Shown: positions 11,445 to 22,747 of the stretch, piece by piece
Numbering within the stretch: the first letter of the stretch is position 1
How the letters are laid out: the number at the start of each line of letters is the position of its first letter
Assembly: GCA_020184695.1 (NCBI GenBank)
Contig: JAANOX010000230.1
Coordinates: 71,939 to 135,938, forward strand
DNA length: 64,000 nt
Source of the DNA: Histomonas meleagridis 2922-C6/04-290x
Lineage: Eukaryota; Protista; Parabasalia
Reading direction: 5' to 3'
Notes under the pieces: model-generated
Told to the model about the DNA's origin: nothing
The model's database searches: none
What the model saw: only the letters and a program-made list of their open reading frames with translations
Translations under genes and position numbers: made by a program

Positions 11445-12608
11445 TTACCGACGGCCGCCTCTTCGCCGTCCTGCATTCATTCTTTCGCAAACGGGAATAT
11501 GCCTTCGTGCTGCCTCTTCCGCAAATTTCCTTCCACAATAAGGACATGGAACACGATCATCGTCAATAATTTCATACTTTGGTACTTCAGGTGGCGGCCC
11601 AACGTTCTTTCCTTTAGCCTTAGCGTCTTCGTAATTCTGTAGTTTTCGTGCAGCTCTTAAACTTTCAATAAGTCGCTCATGTTCCAACTTATACTTCGCT
11701 ACGCCGTTGATTGTCTTCTTTGGCTCTGGTGCGGACTTCTTTGGAATAATTCGTTCGCCGCCAATGTCAGCAAGTCTTTGTTTGGCTGCGTTGAAAACTT
11801 TTCGCTTCTTGGACGATGACCTTGCGCATATTTCTTCATGTTTATCGATTCGATCCAATCCAAATTTCCTTCCACAGTATGCGCATGCCCTACGTTCACC
11901 ATCATCTTCATCATCATTGTTATCAAAACTAGATGGAGGTGGTTGTCTTGATGCTGTTTGCCTCCTTTTAGGAGGTGGAGGAGGTGTATATCCATCATCA
12001 TCGTCATCTGATGGAGGTTGTGGTTTTGATGGTGGTGGTCTTGACGCTGTCTGCCTTCTTTTAGGAGGAGGGGGTGGCGTATATCCATCATCATCGTCGT
12101 CTGATGGAGGATTTGGAATTGTCTTCTTTTTGGGTGGCGGATTTGGTTCTTCGTACACAACTTTTTGTGGTTTCTTGGTAACGCTGAGATCTTTTTCTTG
12201 CTTTGATTGCATCTTTTTCATCATCATTTGACGCCTTTTTTGTTCCCATGAACTGGATTGCGTGTCACGTGGTGGCGGAGCTTCTTCCTTTGGTTTTGTT
12301 TCTCGTGTTGTGGGTGTTTCAGTTATAGATGAGCGAGTTGAGGAAAATGAAATATTAGATGATGAATATTCACTTTTTGGCTGTGAAATTGTTGGCTTAC
12401 CTTCAATGGTCTCTTTGATGAATTTAAGGAATCGAAGACGGCTTCCAACACGACTAATTCCCATTTCTTTGAGATGAGATTCATTGAGTAATGGAAGAAC
12501 AGCACCAGAAATATCATTACCCATGAGTGCTTGAGAGTGTTCGCCAAGTCCGATTGCCTCTATTTGTTCTACTACATCATTGACAGTCCATTTGAGGTAA
12601 TCCCCCAT
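11445..12608 (-). CDS. SAM-domain protein with two C2HC zinc fingers (ZC2HC1-like)
   Basis: N-terminal SAM (WTVNDV...ISGAVLPLL..LKEMGI..G.RL); CAYCGRKF...H..IC and CPYCGRKF...H..VC; duplicated PPSDDDDDGYTPPPPPKRRQTASR segment. Confidence 0.85.
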   Translation of the reverse strand: MGDYLKWTVNDVVEQIEAIGLGEHSQALMGNDISGAVLPLLNESHLKEMGISRVGSRLRFLKFIKETIEGKPTISQPKSEYSSSNISFSSTRSSITETPTTRETKPKEEAPPPRDTQSSSWEQKRRQMMMKKMQSKQEKDLSVTKKPQKVVYEEPNPPPKKKTIPNPPSDDDDDGYTPPPPPKRRQTASRPPPSKPQPPSDDDDDGYTPPPPPKRRQTASRQPPPSSFDNNDDEDDGERRACAYCGRKFGLDRIDKHEEICARSSSKKRKVFNAAKQRLADIGGERIIPKKSAPEPKKTINGVAKYKLEHERLIESLRAARKLQNYEDAKAKGKNVGPPPEVPKYEIIDDDRVPCPYCGRKFAEEAARRHIPVCERMNAGRRRGGRR

Positions 12609-12899
12609 TTGAAAATCCGTTATTTATAATTTGAATACAAATTTAAATTTTGAACATGTGTAACACAAAATACAGTTACTCATCTTTATGAAAAAAATAA
12701 TAGTTAAAGTGATTAGGCATTTTCTTACGCAATAAGAAATTAATAATTTTTCATTTTTATTGTTTAAGTCACAAAACCTGTTATCATTGTACATGCTGTT
12801 GAATTCGAACGCTGTTTTAATCATTTTATGCATTTGTAATTGTTCAGAATTAAAATTCCTTCAAATGTTGCTGTGATTACACATTTAGAAGATGTCAAA

Positions 12900-14900
12900 A
12901 ATGCATTTGCATCTTTTTATAGTTTAGTTATTTCTTAAAAATTGCACATTTTATTTTTATAAAAATTCCTTCTTCAAAATTAATAATCGAAAAATCTGAA
13001 GTTACATAACGACACTTTGTTAATAACTATTGATTTGCTACATGCAAAAGCTTAACAAATTTGTTGTAATTCAACATGTTCTTCATTAAAAATATTACAA
13101 TTCCTGAAACGTTATATTATTTCATAATGTTCTTTAACATTTCATATCATTAATAACATCAAAATCCCGAATACATTTGTCAACTAGAAAATGCATTACA
13201 TATCAAACTTTAAGACTTTTGTCCATGTTACAATTGTAACATTTTTATTTAAGAAATTAATTATAATATTTGTATTATTGGGTAATTTCAATTGTTCTTT
13301 TTCATTATTTTTAATATTTAAAATAACATTTTTATCACAATTAGTTTCAAATATTGAACATTCCTTCTAATAAATGAATTTTCTTAATTTCTCCTTTAAA
13401 ATGTAATTGTAATTAATTCTTATTATTGGAATTGGTTCTTTTGCATCATTCATCAAAACATTATTTGTTTGGATAAATGTTCCATTATATGATTCATAAT
13501 CACATATTAAGTTTTCAACTAATAGATTATAGTTATTTGTTATAATGTTTACATTTATGATATCATTTACGTTTTGGAATTTTATGTTTTCTTTTGTTTG
13601 TATTATTTCATCACCAAATTGAATATCTAAATCTTTAATATTTAAAACATAACCATTTGGATAAGTTATATTATGTTTTGTATCTTCTTTATTAAGTAAT
13701 TCTATATTAAATACATTGACGAAATTTCAGCTGATTGATCAATATAAAATATTTTATCATTAACATAATTATGAAATAATCATCCGTGATATTACATAAT
13801 TCTTTAGAACATTTATAATCATAAACAAAGTGGTCCATCCATTGGCAATAATAGTGTAATCATTAAATAATTTTCTTGCTTAGAATTAACAACTAATTTT
13901 TCTGTTACACTATAAAAGTATTTAAAGTTGGAATTTTCATAGGATTTCTTGTTAATGCAGAAATATATTTATCATTTGAATCCATTTCCTAAATATTATT
14001 CGGCTGACGACTATATAAAGTAATAAAAAGATTTTCATTTTGTGGCGAAACTTTGAAATATTTAATTGTGCGATTGATGGGATTTCTTAGATGTGGATAT
14101 TACATAATTTTCATATTTATACATTCATTTGTATTTGTCATTTTAATGAATTTAAGATTTGAATTAATATCATTTTGTGTAAATTTTGGACCAACTTCTG
14201 CTTTTACATCCAAATTTTCTTTTATATATATTATTTGTTATTCTCGAATTTCTAACTGTGATTGAGGAATTATTACTTTTTCATTCAATGTAAAATGTGT
14301 TTTGTGTTCAATTATTTCCAACATAAATTTTATTACTATTAAATCTAAATCATGATAAATTGGAAGGAATGTGTCTGAGCATAATACAATTCGAAGTGGT
14401 ACATTTTGATTTGTAACTTTAATTTTTCCGATATGATCTGTTTGACCATTTATCATTTTTGTGAATTTAGAAAATTACTACCACTAAATGGAATTACTGT
14501 TGATATATCAATTAATTCATGACCAATAAAACAAACACATGTGTAGAACTTAAATCATTTCTTGAAGCTGAAGCAAATAAAATATTAATAAAAGTGAATT
14601 TACATTAATTTTTTCAGCTAAATAATTTCCATCTTCTAAATTAGAGCTACTGCTCCAGCTCCAGAAGGTACTGGAAATACTTTTTGTCCATTCCTGAATG
14701 TGCAAATGTTCAATTACATTTATGAACATCCAAATAATATAGTGAAGTGTGCCGCGTCGTTAAATAGTATGTACACTCAGCCATCTATCTACTTCATATG
14801 GAAAATATATTTTAAAACATTTGTCTTTTCAATTTTTTTTAAGTATTCCGACATATGTTTCATATCATCAATTAATAAATATTTCCAATTCATTTAAATC
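12900..14900 (-). pseudogene. Decayed surface/secreted protein gene, possibly subtilisin-like (S8) peptidase; boundaries approximate
   Basis: Fragmentary frames read VPSGAGAVALI..EDGNYLAEKINVNSLLL..LFASAS, then VPLRIVLC...DLDLIVI...NEKVII, as recalled for the region after the S8 catalytic Ser in trichomonad proteases. Many stops and frameshifts. Confidence 0.4.
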
Positions 14901-14965
14901 CGAAATGAATTTATGCAGAAAAAGCGATTTCATTTTTTACTGAATGATGAATTATAATAATTGGT

Positions 14966-15553
14966 TTACTTGACAAACCTTTGAACACGACGGAATTGAG
15001 CTGTTCTACAACTTTGAAGAGCTTCATCAAGCTCATCATGGAGTTGGCAGAGCATTGCTGGCGTTGATTCCAGTGTTGTATTTCCATTAGTTGTCTTAAG
15101 GTTCATTACAACATGAGGCCGCTTAAACTGCCTTAAAGAGCGTCTTGCAAATTCAACTTGAACTCTCCAATCAAGACTGATAAAATGTTCTGAATTTGGA
15201 GAAACTTGAATTAAGCATTGCCTTATTGTGTCAATCGAATCACCGTAGACTTGTAACACTTCGGGTGTATTTAAAAACTCCATTTCAGCAATAAACTCTC
15301 TGAATTTATCTACTGAACAACGATTGCGAACTGCTTCACAAAGCGTCCACGCAAGACATTCCATGGCTTCCATAAATGTTGGAAGTGGTACTTGTGCTTC
15401 TCTTGCTTTTGCTTTAATATCATTTTCAGAATATTTTCCAATTACATAAAACACTGCAATCTTAACTATCTGATGTACGGGGATTGTTTCTGCAATTTGC
15501 TCGACTGATTTCATCCCTGAACGAACGCTTTGCGTCAAGGAAAGAACAGACAT
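14966..15553 (-). CDS. COMM-domain protein (COMMD2-like)
   Basis: C-terminal HFISLDWRVQVEFARRSLRQFKRP.VVMNLKT; 195 aa. Confidence 0.8.
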   Translation of the reverse strand: MSVLSLTQSVRSGMKSVEQIAETIPVHQIVKIAVFYVIGKYSENDIKAKAREAQVPLPTFMEAMECLAWTLCEAVRNRCSVDKFREFIAEMEFLNTPEVLQVYGDSIDTIRQCLIQVSPNSEHFISLDWRVQVEFARRSLRQFKRPHVVMNLKTTNGNTTLESTPAMLCQLHDELDEALQSCRTAQFRRVQRFVK

Positions 15554-15820
15554 TTTCTAGCAATTAGATATGGGACACCCCACAACGATAGGAAAGTGCA
15601 CTTTTTATTTATCGTTTCTTATAAAAATTTCATTCGCACATAAACTCTAATCATTAGACTTTTGGTATCTATTTATAGTGTGGTCAATCTTTAATAAAAT
15701 ATTAAAAGAATAATATTTTTTTTAAGTGAATTAACATAAATCTAAACAAATTCGTGAAAAAGTATTTAAAATTACTAAATAAAACTCGCCACATAAATAA
15801 TATTTATTAAATTTATATTA

Positions 15821-16906
15821 TTATTTTTTCTTATATAAGAAATCCCCCTCAATTCTTAATATTTCTTCATCTTCATAACATGCACTCAGCCACTTATGGC
15901 TTAACACTTGTTCTATAGTATATCTACTTTCCGGATTTTTATCCAAACAATGCAAAATTAAATCTTTTGCATCTTCCGACACATTCACATTCTCATTAAA
16001 TGTCACATCGTTATACTGAATCTGTTTTGCAATATTAAACAAATGCGAAAGAAAAAATCCTTCTTCGGAGATATCAAAAAAAGGCAATTTGCCGTATAAC
16101 ATCATGTACAGTGAGACGCCGCATGACCATATGTCGGCCGGCTTGCCGCGATATGATTGGCCAGTACATTGCTCAGGTGAAAAAAAAGCTGGCGTGCCAT
16201 CAGTGTCCTCAAGGATTCCATCCGAAGAATCCAAAATAATGGACGTTGAAAAATCTGTAATCGCAATTCTGCCATCTGGAAATAATAAGATATTTTCAGG
16301 TTTGATGTCATGGTGAATATAGTTATGGGAATGAATGTGCTCAAGACCACTCGCAATTTGGAAAAAATAAAGCTTGCAAATGGGCTCTGGAATTGGTGAT
16401 ACTTTGGAACGTTGTGGTAATAAGAAACTTTGGGCTAAAGGGAGAATAAGAATGATGGAATTGGTACAATCATCGTCTAAAACTTCAATAAGATTCATAC
16501 AATTGGGATGGTTGAGTGTTGACATTATTTGTATTTCACGAATAAGCTTGTTGATGGGTGGTTCAGAATCACTAAGATTGTTTCGATAAAGAAAGAATTT
16601 ATCATATACTTTGGCAGCATATTGAACATTAGTTTCTACATTTTCAACCAAAAATACTTCTGATTGTGACCCATGACCAATTGATTTTTTGAACTCATAC
16701 TCAAATAAAAGAGGACGCCCTAATGCACCTGAAATGAACGTTTGAAATGAAATGGTTTCGGCTTCTGAATAATTAGTGTAATCACTATCTTCTTCTTCAT
16801 CTGTATTGGAATTATCTGTGTCATCAGGTTTTGTGTTGGTGCTCTCTTGTTGTGCGCTATGTTTGGGTGCTTCGATTTTTTCTAGCTTGGACGGAGCGCA
16901 ACCCAT
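15821..16906 (-). CDS. Ser/Thr protein kinase, CAMKK-like
   Basis: GHGSQSEV, AAK, HHDIKPEN, DFS, DGTPAFFSPE, DIWSCG. Probable start MGCAPS (N-myristoylation/palmitoylation-type). Confidence 0.9.
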   Translation of the reverse strand: MGCAPSKLEKIEAPKHSAQQESTNTKPDDTDNSNTDEEEDSDYTNYSEAETISFQTFISGALGRPLLFEYEFKKSIGHGSQSEVFLVENVETNVQYAAKVYDKFFLYRNNLSDSEPPINKLIREIQIMSTLNHPNCMNLIEVLDDDCTNSIILILPLAQSFLLPQRSKVSPIPEPICKLYFFQIASGLEHIHSHNYIHHDIKPENILLFPDGRIAITDFSTSIILDSSDGILEDTDGTPAFFSPEQCTGQSYRGKPADIWSCGVSLYMMLYGKLPFFDISEEGFFLSHLFNIAKQIQYNDVTFNENVNVSEDAKDLILHCLDKNPESRYTIEQVLSHKWLSACYEDEEILRIEGDFLYKKK

Positions 16907-17468
16907 TCTCCTCACAAAACGTATTTTTAATTGTGACGTTTACAAACATTATTGAATTTTCAATTCGTTACAATGCGTCAATAACCTCAGAAAACGTGTA
17001 AACTATTAAAATATCATTCGAAAATAAAATGGATTTGACTGCAAAACGATCACTAGAACTTTTTCTTATAAGTTATCAAAAATCTGTCGCTCCTTAATTT
17101 TTGCATTACAACTTGCACAAATTATAATTCTAAAAAATATAGCACAAGGAAAAAACGTGTAATGAACATTAAGTAAATTTTAATAATATCATTATATTGG
17201 CATCAATCTTATTCAATTGATAAGCAAATCGATTTTTTTAATGATATCTATACGATGTGTAGATATAGTTACAAAATAATTTATAAGATTTTCATGATAG
17301 TATAATTAAAAAATTCGATATTTTTGATAAAATTTTGAAGATTTAATCAAGTTAAATAACAAACATTTTAATTTTATTTCGTTCATGAAACAAATAGATA
17401 TATTAATTTCTTTATGTCAAGAAGAAGTATTTATTCTAATTAAATCACATAAATTTTTATTTATTTAT

Positions 17469-18317
17469 TTAGTTTTCGTTCTCTCCGAGCGTTGCAACCT
17501 TTGGCACTCTGAATGAGGTTATATCCAAGTGGTGTATGTCTCCGTAAGCTTGAATGTCTTTTAGCTGTTTCTGATATAATATTGCTGCCCTCGCTTCCTG
17601 GTTTTGGTTGAGCTTCTCAATAGATTTTTTGTGCTTTTTGATGATTTTCTCGTATCTGACATTGTATTTGTAAAATCGTTGGACTCCTAAATCAACAGGA
17701 TACGAAATACGTTTAGAAATATGTCGAAGAGCATCTGATAATGGACGGTGATCTATCATGTCGTTCTTTTGCATATTTTCACGAACTTGGGCATCATAAT
17801 AATTGTATAAAATATGTGAATGTTCCTTCCGAAAATCATATGCTAAGTTGGAACGCTCCTCAGCATGTCTCCGAAGGATATTCTGGAATTCAATATCGTT
17901 TGGAATTTCTTGAAATTCATATTGTTGAGTAATAGCAGGAATTTGTTGTAGAAGACTTGTAATAACTGAGTTAGAGCTTTCATTGGTCTCATCAGTTGTG
18001 ACTTCTGTTTTATGATCATTTTTAGATTTTTCATTTGTTATAAGAAGTGGTGGTTGTAGGTTTAAAAAATGATCACTGGGACGATATGTACGAAGAGATT
18101 CTTGGAATGCCTTAAGATCTCTTGATGCTTCTGCTAATTTTCTTTTATTAATAAATCTTAATGCGGGTGGATTACAGACAAAATCTTCAAGAGGCTTATG
18201 GCTTTCATCGTCTGGCTTATCTGGAGGTGGGTAAGTACTATTTTCAGGAGAAGGAACAAAATTTATGTACTTCTCCATTTCAATGAGCAGCGGTTTTGTT
18301 ACTTGGATTTGGGGCAC
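17469..18317 (-). CDS. Hypothetical protein
   Basis: 282-aa ORF with typical codon use; no family recognised. Confidence 0.6.
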   Translation of the reverse strand: MPQIQVTKPLLIEMEKYINFVPSPENSTYPPPDKPDDESHKPLEDFVCNPPALRFINKRKLAEASRDLKAFQESLRTYRPSDHFLNLQPPLLITNEKSKNDHKTEVTTDETNESSNSVITSLLQQIPAITQQYEFQEIPNDIEFQNILRRHAEERSNLAYDFRKEHSHILYNYYDAQVRENMQKNDMIDHRPLSDALRHISKRISYPVDLGVQRFYKYNVRYEKIIKKHKKSIEKLNQNQEARAAILYQKQLKDIQAYGDIHHLDITSFRVPKVATLGENEN

Positions 18318-18368
18318 TCCGAGTAAACATCACATTTTTTTTATCGTTAATTCGAGAATATAATTTTT

Positions 18369-18683
18369 ATGCTTTTAGCTGAAACACTTCTAAGCGAAGC
18401 TGCGAGACCATTCAACAAAATGAACAAAGATAAGCTACTAAAGACAGTTGAGGAAGTAGATGCAAGTGATGTAGATTCAGCTCCAATGATTTACTTTTCC
18501 ATTGAAAGTCTTCTTCATTTTACCCAAAACTCGGAATTTCCAATCAGTAAAAAAGAGCTTCTCAAGGCAATTTTAACAAATCCAACATTATATCCAATTT
18601 TATTCCAAAATAAAGATAAACTATCAACCGATGATAAAGAAATAGAACAAATGCTCAGCGGAATCAAAGCGTTTTTGCAGTGA
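18369..18683 (+). CDS. Small hypothetical protein
   Basis: 104-aa ORF between convergent/divergent neighbours. Confidence 0.5.
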   Translation: MLLAETLLSEAARPFNKMNKDKLLKTVEEVDASDVDSAPMIYFSIESLLHFTQNSEFPISKKELLKAILTNPTLYPILFQNKDKLSTDDKEIEQMLSGIKAFLQ

Positions 18684-18707
18684 AATTTGTTTACAAACAA
18701 ATAAATT

Positions 18708-20387
18708 TTATTTTTCTAGTTTGAAAGAAATTCTTTCCCACTTTGGCTGTTTAACACCAAGGGAAACGCTAGAAATATCATCCTCCGTAAACTTTCTCTT
18801 TCCAAAGCAATCACTCTTATTTGTCATGTCAATTTGTATCTTTTCTTTTTCTTGATTCTGGGATACAGGGAGTGTTTTTGGAGCTAAAAGCTCGACTTTC
18901 TTCTTGGCGTATTTAGTATATTGCGAATTGTCGTCTAGCAAATAATGATAAATTGCTAATCCGCATTTTTCACCAATTTCTTTCCATAATGTTTCATCGT
19001 AAAGACAATTAGCGCAACCTCCTGCAAACACACCACCGAATGACGTTTCTACTGTATAACTATTTAATATATTAAATTCTGTTCTTACAACGATTCTACC
19101 AGCGGATTTTCTTTCTTGAGGAAAAGAAAACACGCAATGGCTCAATGAAAAAGTATCGCTTAATAATGATAAAATACCAGGATAAATTTTTTCTGAATTT
19201 CTGAACTCATGATCGTCATCATTAGGGCACCCGTAAATAAACGTTCCATGGAGTCTGGAGTGCCCGTGGAAGTCTATGTAAAAAGTGCAACCTTTTTCAG
19301 AAACAATTTTTCTGATCAAACTTTTTGTATGGTATACAACGGGATGTAAAATCAAATCAGGGGCAGTCCACATCCGATTTAGGTCGTTCCCGCTCAGAGA
19401 CACACGATAGAATCCTTCAACAACTCCATCAATGTTCATCATTGGCACACATTTGATAATTGTGCTTTCTATGATATAATTTGCTTCAGGAGTATCAGAA
19501 AGAAGAAAATCAATAAGTCCATGGACTAAAAAACTACTATTAGATTCACCAGGATGTATCCTCCCTGTTATAAAAATATATTTCCGTTTTTCAAGTGGGA
19601 TTGTATTGTTTGGAGATGTGATTGTTAAAATTGGGCAATCTCGACCTCCGTCTGTAGAACAAAGGGTTTCGTGTTTAAACACTCCAGGTTTAGCTATATT
19701 ATCCCAATGATCTATGGATTTAAGAAGATCTGAATATGTATAAGGAATTGCATAACATAAACAAACTTCGTCATCTGCATAAGGAAAACAAATCTGAAAC
19801 TGTAGAGATGCTCGTGGGTTCTTTTTAGAACGCTTTGTGACAGAATAAGCATAATTTGTACCTCCACGAGTCCAAGATACATTCTTAATTTGAGCTCGCT
19901 TTTTGCTATACCAAAATATTTTTGAACCATTACAATAGAGGCTTTTAGCTTTGTGGAATCCTGAAATGTAAAACATATACTTTTGTGGGCGAGTATTGGT
20001 AATTTTAAAATAAAACCATTGACATGAAGCTGATGAATTTCTGTCATACTCTAGAATACAGTGGTAAATATTTCCTTTAATATGATATACTTTAGAAAGA
20101 TTTCCACTTTCGAATTTCGAATCAAAACGCAAAATAGTGTCTTCAGGTGTTTCTGGTGGAGGCGCGCATTTCTCTTGGTGAACTATATCATAAATTAACT
20201 TTCCAGATTTCCATAAATCAGAAGGCCATTTAATATTTGCTGAAGTTTTCGCAAATCTATAATGATCAGATGGAGGCTTTCCATATATCATATGATAAGA
20301 ATTTTCTTTTATGGAGTCACTTGGGTAAAATTCTGGTAATTGCTCTTCTTCTTTTGCTTCTTCTTCGCGAAAGTTTTCCATCAGCAA
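18708..20387 (-). CDS. Cytosolic carboxypeptidase (M14, AGBL/CCP-like tubulin deglutamylase)
   Basis: FDSKFESGNL, QWFYF, CYAIPYTYSDL, GRIHPGESNSS, PMMNIDGV, DLNR, DFHGHS, YTVETSF. Confidence 0.92.
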   Translation of the reverse strand: MLMENFREEEAKEEEQLPEFYPSDSIKENSYHMIYGKPPSDHYRFAKTSANIKWPSDLWKSGKLIYDIVHQEKCAPPPETPEDTILRFDSKFESGNLSKVYHIKGNIYHCILEYDRNSSASCQWFYFKITNTRPQKYMFYISGFHKAKSLYCNGSKIFWYSKKRAQIKNVSWTRGGTNYAYSVTKRSKKNPRASLQFQICFPYADDEVCLCYAIPYTYSDLLKSIDHWDNIAKPGVFKHETLCSTDGGRDCPILTITSPNNTIPLEKRKYIFITGRIHPGESNSSFLVHGLIDFLLSDTPEANYIIESTIIKCVPMMNIDGVVEGFYRVSLSGNDLNRMWTAPDLILHPVVYHTKSLIRKIVSEKGCTFYIDFHGHSRLHGTFIYGCPNDDDHEFRNSEKIYPGILSLLSDTFSLSHCVFSFPQERKSAGRIVVRTEFNILNSYTVETSFGGVFAGGCANCLYDETLWKEIGEKCGLAIYHYLLDDNSQYTKYAKKKVELLAPKTLPVSQNQEKEKIQIDMTNKSDCFGKRKFTEDDISSVSLGVKQPKWERISFKLEK

Positions 20388-20502
20388 AAACCTTCATCGG
20401 AAACCGTTTGCAAACCAAAAAGTTATGTGAAAAAAGCATTCAAAATATGCCATTTTAAAAAATGACACAACGTTTTTGTCAAAATATCATTCACTCTTTA
20501 AG

Positions 20503-20862
20503 ATGAGCCAAGGAAACGCCATTCCATCAAATTACCAACTAGCCGGTGGCCAAGGAGAGATGCACACCTTGGAACAAAAAATTGAAAAATTACAATTTAT
20601 TATTGAAGGCGTAACGGATGAACAATGCAAAAAAGCTCTTGAGTTGTCTAATTACGACCTAAACGGTGCTGCTGAGAGACTATTGAATGGAAATCATGAT
20701 CCAGAGTCTCAGGATTCAGATGGTAAAGAGAAGATCACTATATCACAAAGAATTAAAGATGAGTTTGGTGGATCATTGAACTTCTTTGAAATTTCTCAGG
20801 TGCTTTTAATGTGTAATAATAATGAAGAAGATGCCATAGAAATTCTCAAGACAATGGTTTGA
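20503..20862 (+). CDS. UBA/CUE-like domain protein
   Basis: C..ALELSNYDLNGAAERLL and LLMCNNNEEDA.EIL helical motifs; first ATG at 20503. Confidence 0.65.
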   Translation: MSQGNAIPSNYQLAGGQGEMHTLEQKIEKLQFIIEGVTDEQCKKALELSNYDLNGAAERLLNGNHDPESQDSDGKEKITISQRIKDEFGGSLNFFEISQVLLMCNNNEEDAIEILKTMV

Positions 20863-21331
20863 TCTTATTCTTTTTACGAACTTAAAAAAATAAAATTTAA
20901 TTTATTTCAGAAACTTTTGAAAATATTATGCCTTCGAAGCCAGATTATCCGCAACGTTTTTGTCAAAATATCGAATTGTGACATTTGCTCCATTCAAAAA
21001 GCTTTCACAATTTACACAAGTTTTTGCCTCAATTCTGACATTAAATAATTTGACGTGATTTTGCGTTGACAAAATCCGTGTCAAAATATGTTTCGCGTTC
21101 ATCTCTTCATGATTTAGATTTATAAGCATTTATTAGGACATGCACATTTAAAAACAAAATCACATGACTAAACCCTTTGAGTAAAATAAATGATGAAGTT
21201 TGTTAAAAAATATTATCATGACCATGATATCTCATGAGATCTTAAACTCAATAACAGTGAAGGTTTTGTAATGTTTTGAAGAGAATTTACAGGTTTGCGC
21301 AGAAATCACATTTAACTTTACTTAAAAATAA

Positions 21332-22747
21332 TTAATTTTGAAGAAATCCAAGAGGATCGTTTGAATCGTAAGCGCCAAGCTTACAGTACAAATCGGATAC
21401 TTTGTAGTTCTTAACGAACTCGATTGCTGATACCAGAAATAAACGCGCATATTCAAGAGGTGGTTCATATTGGATTCCTCTTATACTAGAAAGGAATGTT
21501 CCCATTGCTATCGAGTTAGATGGTGGCGCATAAGAAAACACAAGGCAAAACAAAGGGAAGAAATCGTCAAATGACATTAATGTTGATTGTGCTTCGATCT
21601 TTGACTTATCAAACATTTTGATAAATTGACCGACCTTTTTCTCCATTGAGTTTGTTTTTACGAACTCATCAATTATTTTCAATGATCTAAATACATGAAT
21701 ATAAATATCAATAGGATTGGCGAAGAAATTCAGGATTTGTATTTCCTCTTCCGCTGATTGTAATATTGATGAATTATGTACAATTGTTACATATGGTGTA
21801 TCCATATATTCAGGTTTCATAATATCTGTATTTATTTCAAACATGGCTGGCGTAGACCACCTTAACGAATAGCATATGTTATAAAATTGGTTTGTTTGTT
21901 CATTTGGGTCCAACATAATTTTCCTCAATTCATAAAATCTGTCAAAAAATAAACGTATTAAACCGCATTTTAAAACGGTTTCTTGCGGTTTTGTCTTTGG
22001 ATGGAACAAATTATTATACTTTAGATAGATCTGTTGGCATGGGGAAAAATCATATCCCTTGTTGAAATTACTATAAATGAGATTCAAACATTTGTCTATT
22101 TCGTCTAGTTCATTGTTATCAATTACATAATAATAAAATTGTTCATCAAACATATTAGATGGAGAATAACCAGTAACATCATCAACATTACTGGAAAATT
22201 CTTTTATCATGCTTGTGAGTTGCTGAACTGAAATTTTTGTGTGGCGTGTGGATTTGCAATATTGAAGTCCTTTATTGTATATTGAAATGATTTTGTACTT
22301 TGTGGATTTGAAAAATTTGGTTTCTTCGAAGTTGGTTATGATAAATTCAGAAAATTCAGAAATCATAAATTGTGGATAGTTATTTGTTTTCATTTGTTGA
22401 TTTAAATAGGATACCATAAAATTAATAATATTCACTGATGCATTAATAAACTTCTCTTTTGCTTGACTAAATTTTGCTTGAAGTTTTTGTATTTTTTTAA
22501 TCAAAAATAAGTAAATAATTGGACTTTCTGATGGAGAAAAAACAAGAGAAAGGTTTAATTTTTCAAAGTCATATGATTTCTTTTTAACTTTATTTTTTAA
22601 TGATTCAAGAGAAGAAATATTTTCAGATATAATTGACTTTGTAGACTTAAAATTTTTTTGGATGAAACAATGAATGTATACCTTGTATGGTTCAAAGTGA
22701 ATATCTTCCATTGACTTTGGAGATTTGGCTTCTGGTTTTTCGCTCAT
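21332..22747 (-). CDS. Hypothetical protein with VPS9-like C-terminal domain
   Basis: LMSFDDFFPLFCLV...LEYARLFLVSAIEFV; probable ATG 22747. Confidence 0.55.
   Translation of the reverse strand: MSEKPEAKSPKSMEDIHFEPYKVYIHCFIQKNFKSTKSIISENISSLESLKNKVKKKSYDFEKLNLSLVFSPSESPIIYLFLIKKIQKLQAKFSQAKEKFINASVNIINFMVSYLNQQMKTNNYPQFMISEFSEFIITNFEETKFFKSTKYKIISIYNKGLQYCKSTRHTKISVQQLTSMIKEFSSNVDDVTGYSPSNMFDEQFYYYVIDNNELDEIDKCLNLIYSNFNKGYDFSPCQQIYLKYNNLFHPKTKPQETVLKCGLIRLFFDRFYELRKIMLDPNEQTNQFYNICYSLRWSTPAMFEINTDIMKPEYMDTPYVTIVHNSSILQSAEEEIQILNFFANPIDIYIHVFRSLKIIDEFVKTNSMEKKVGQFIKMFDKSKIEAQSTLMSFDDFFPLFCLVFSYAPPSNSIAMGTFLSSIRGIQYEPPLEYARLFLVSAIEFVKNYKVSDLYCKLGAYDSNDPLGFLQN

Noticed and set aside
11699-12547. 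Long overlapping alternative-frame and antisense ORFs (also at 7908-8979, 24510-24788, 62641-63916)
   Set aside because: Shadows of real genes with low-complexity or GC-richer codons; no independent motifs.
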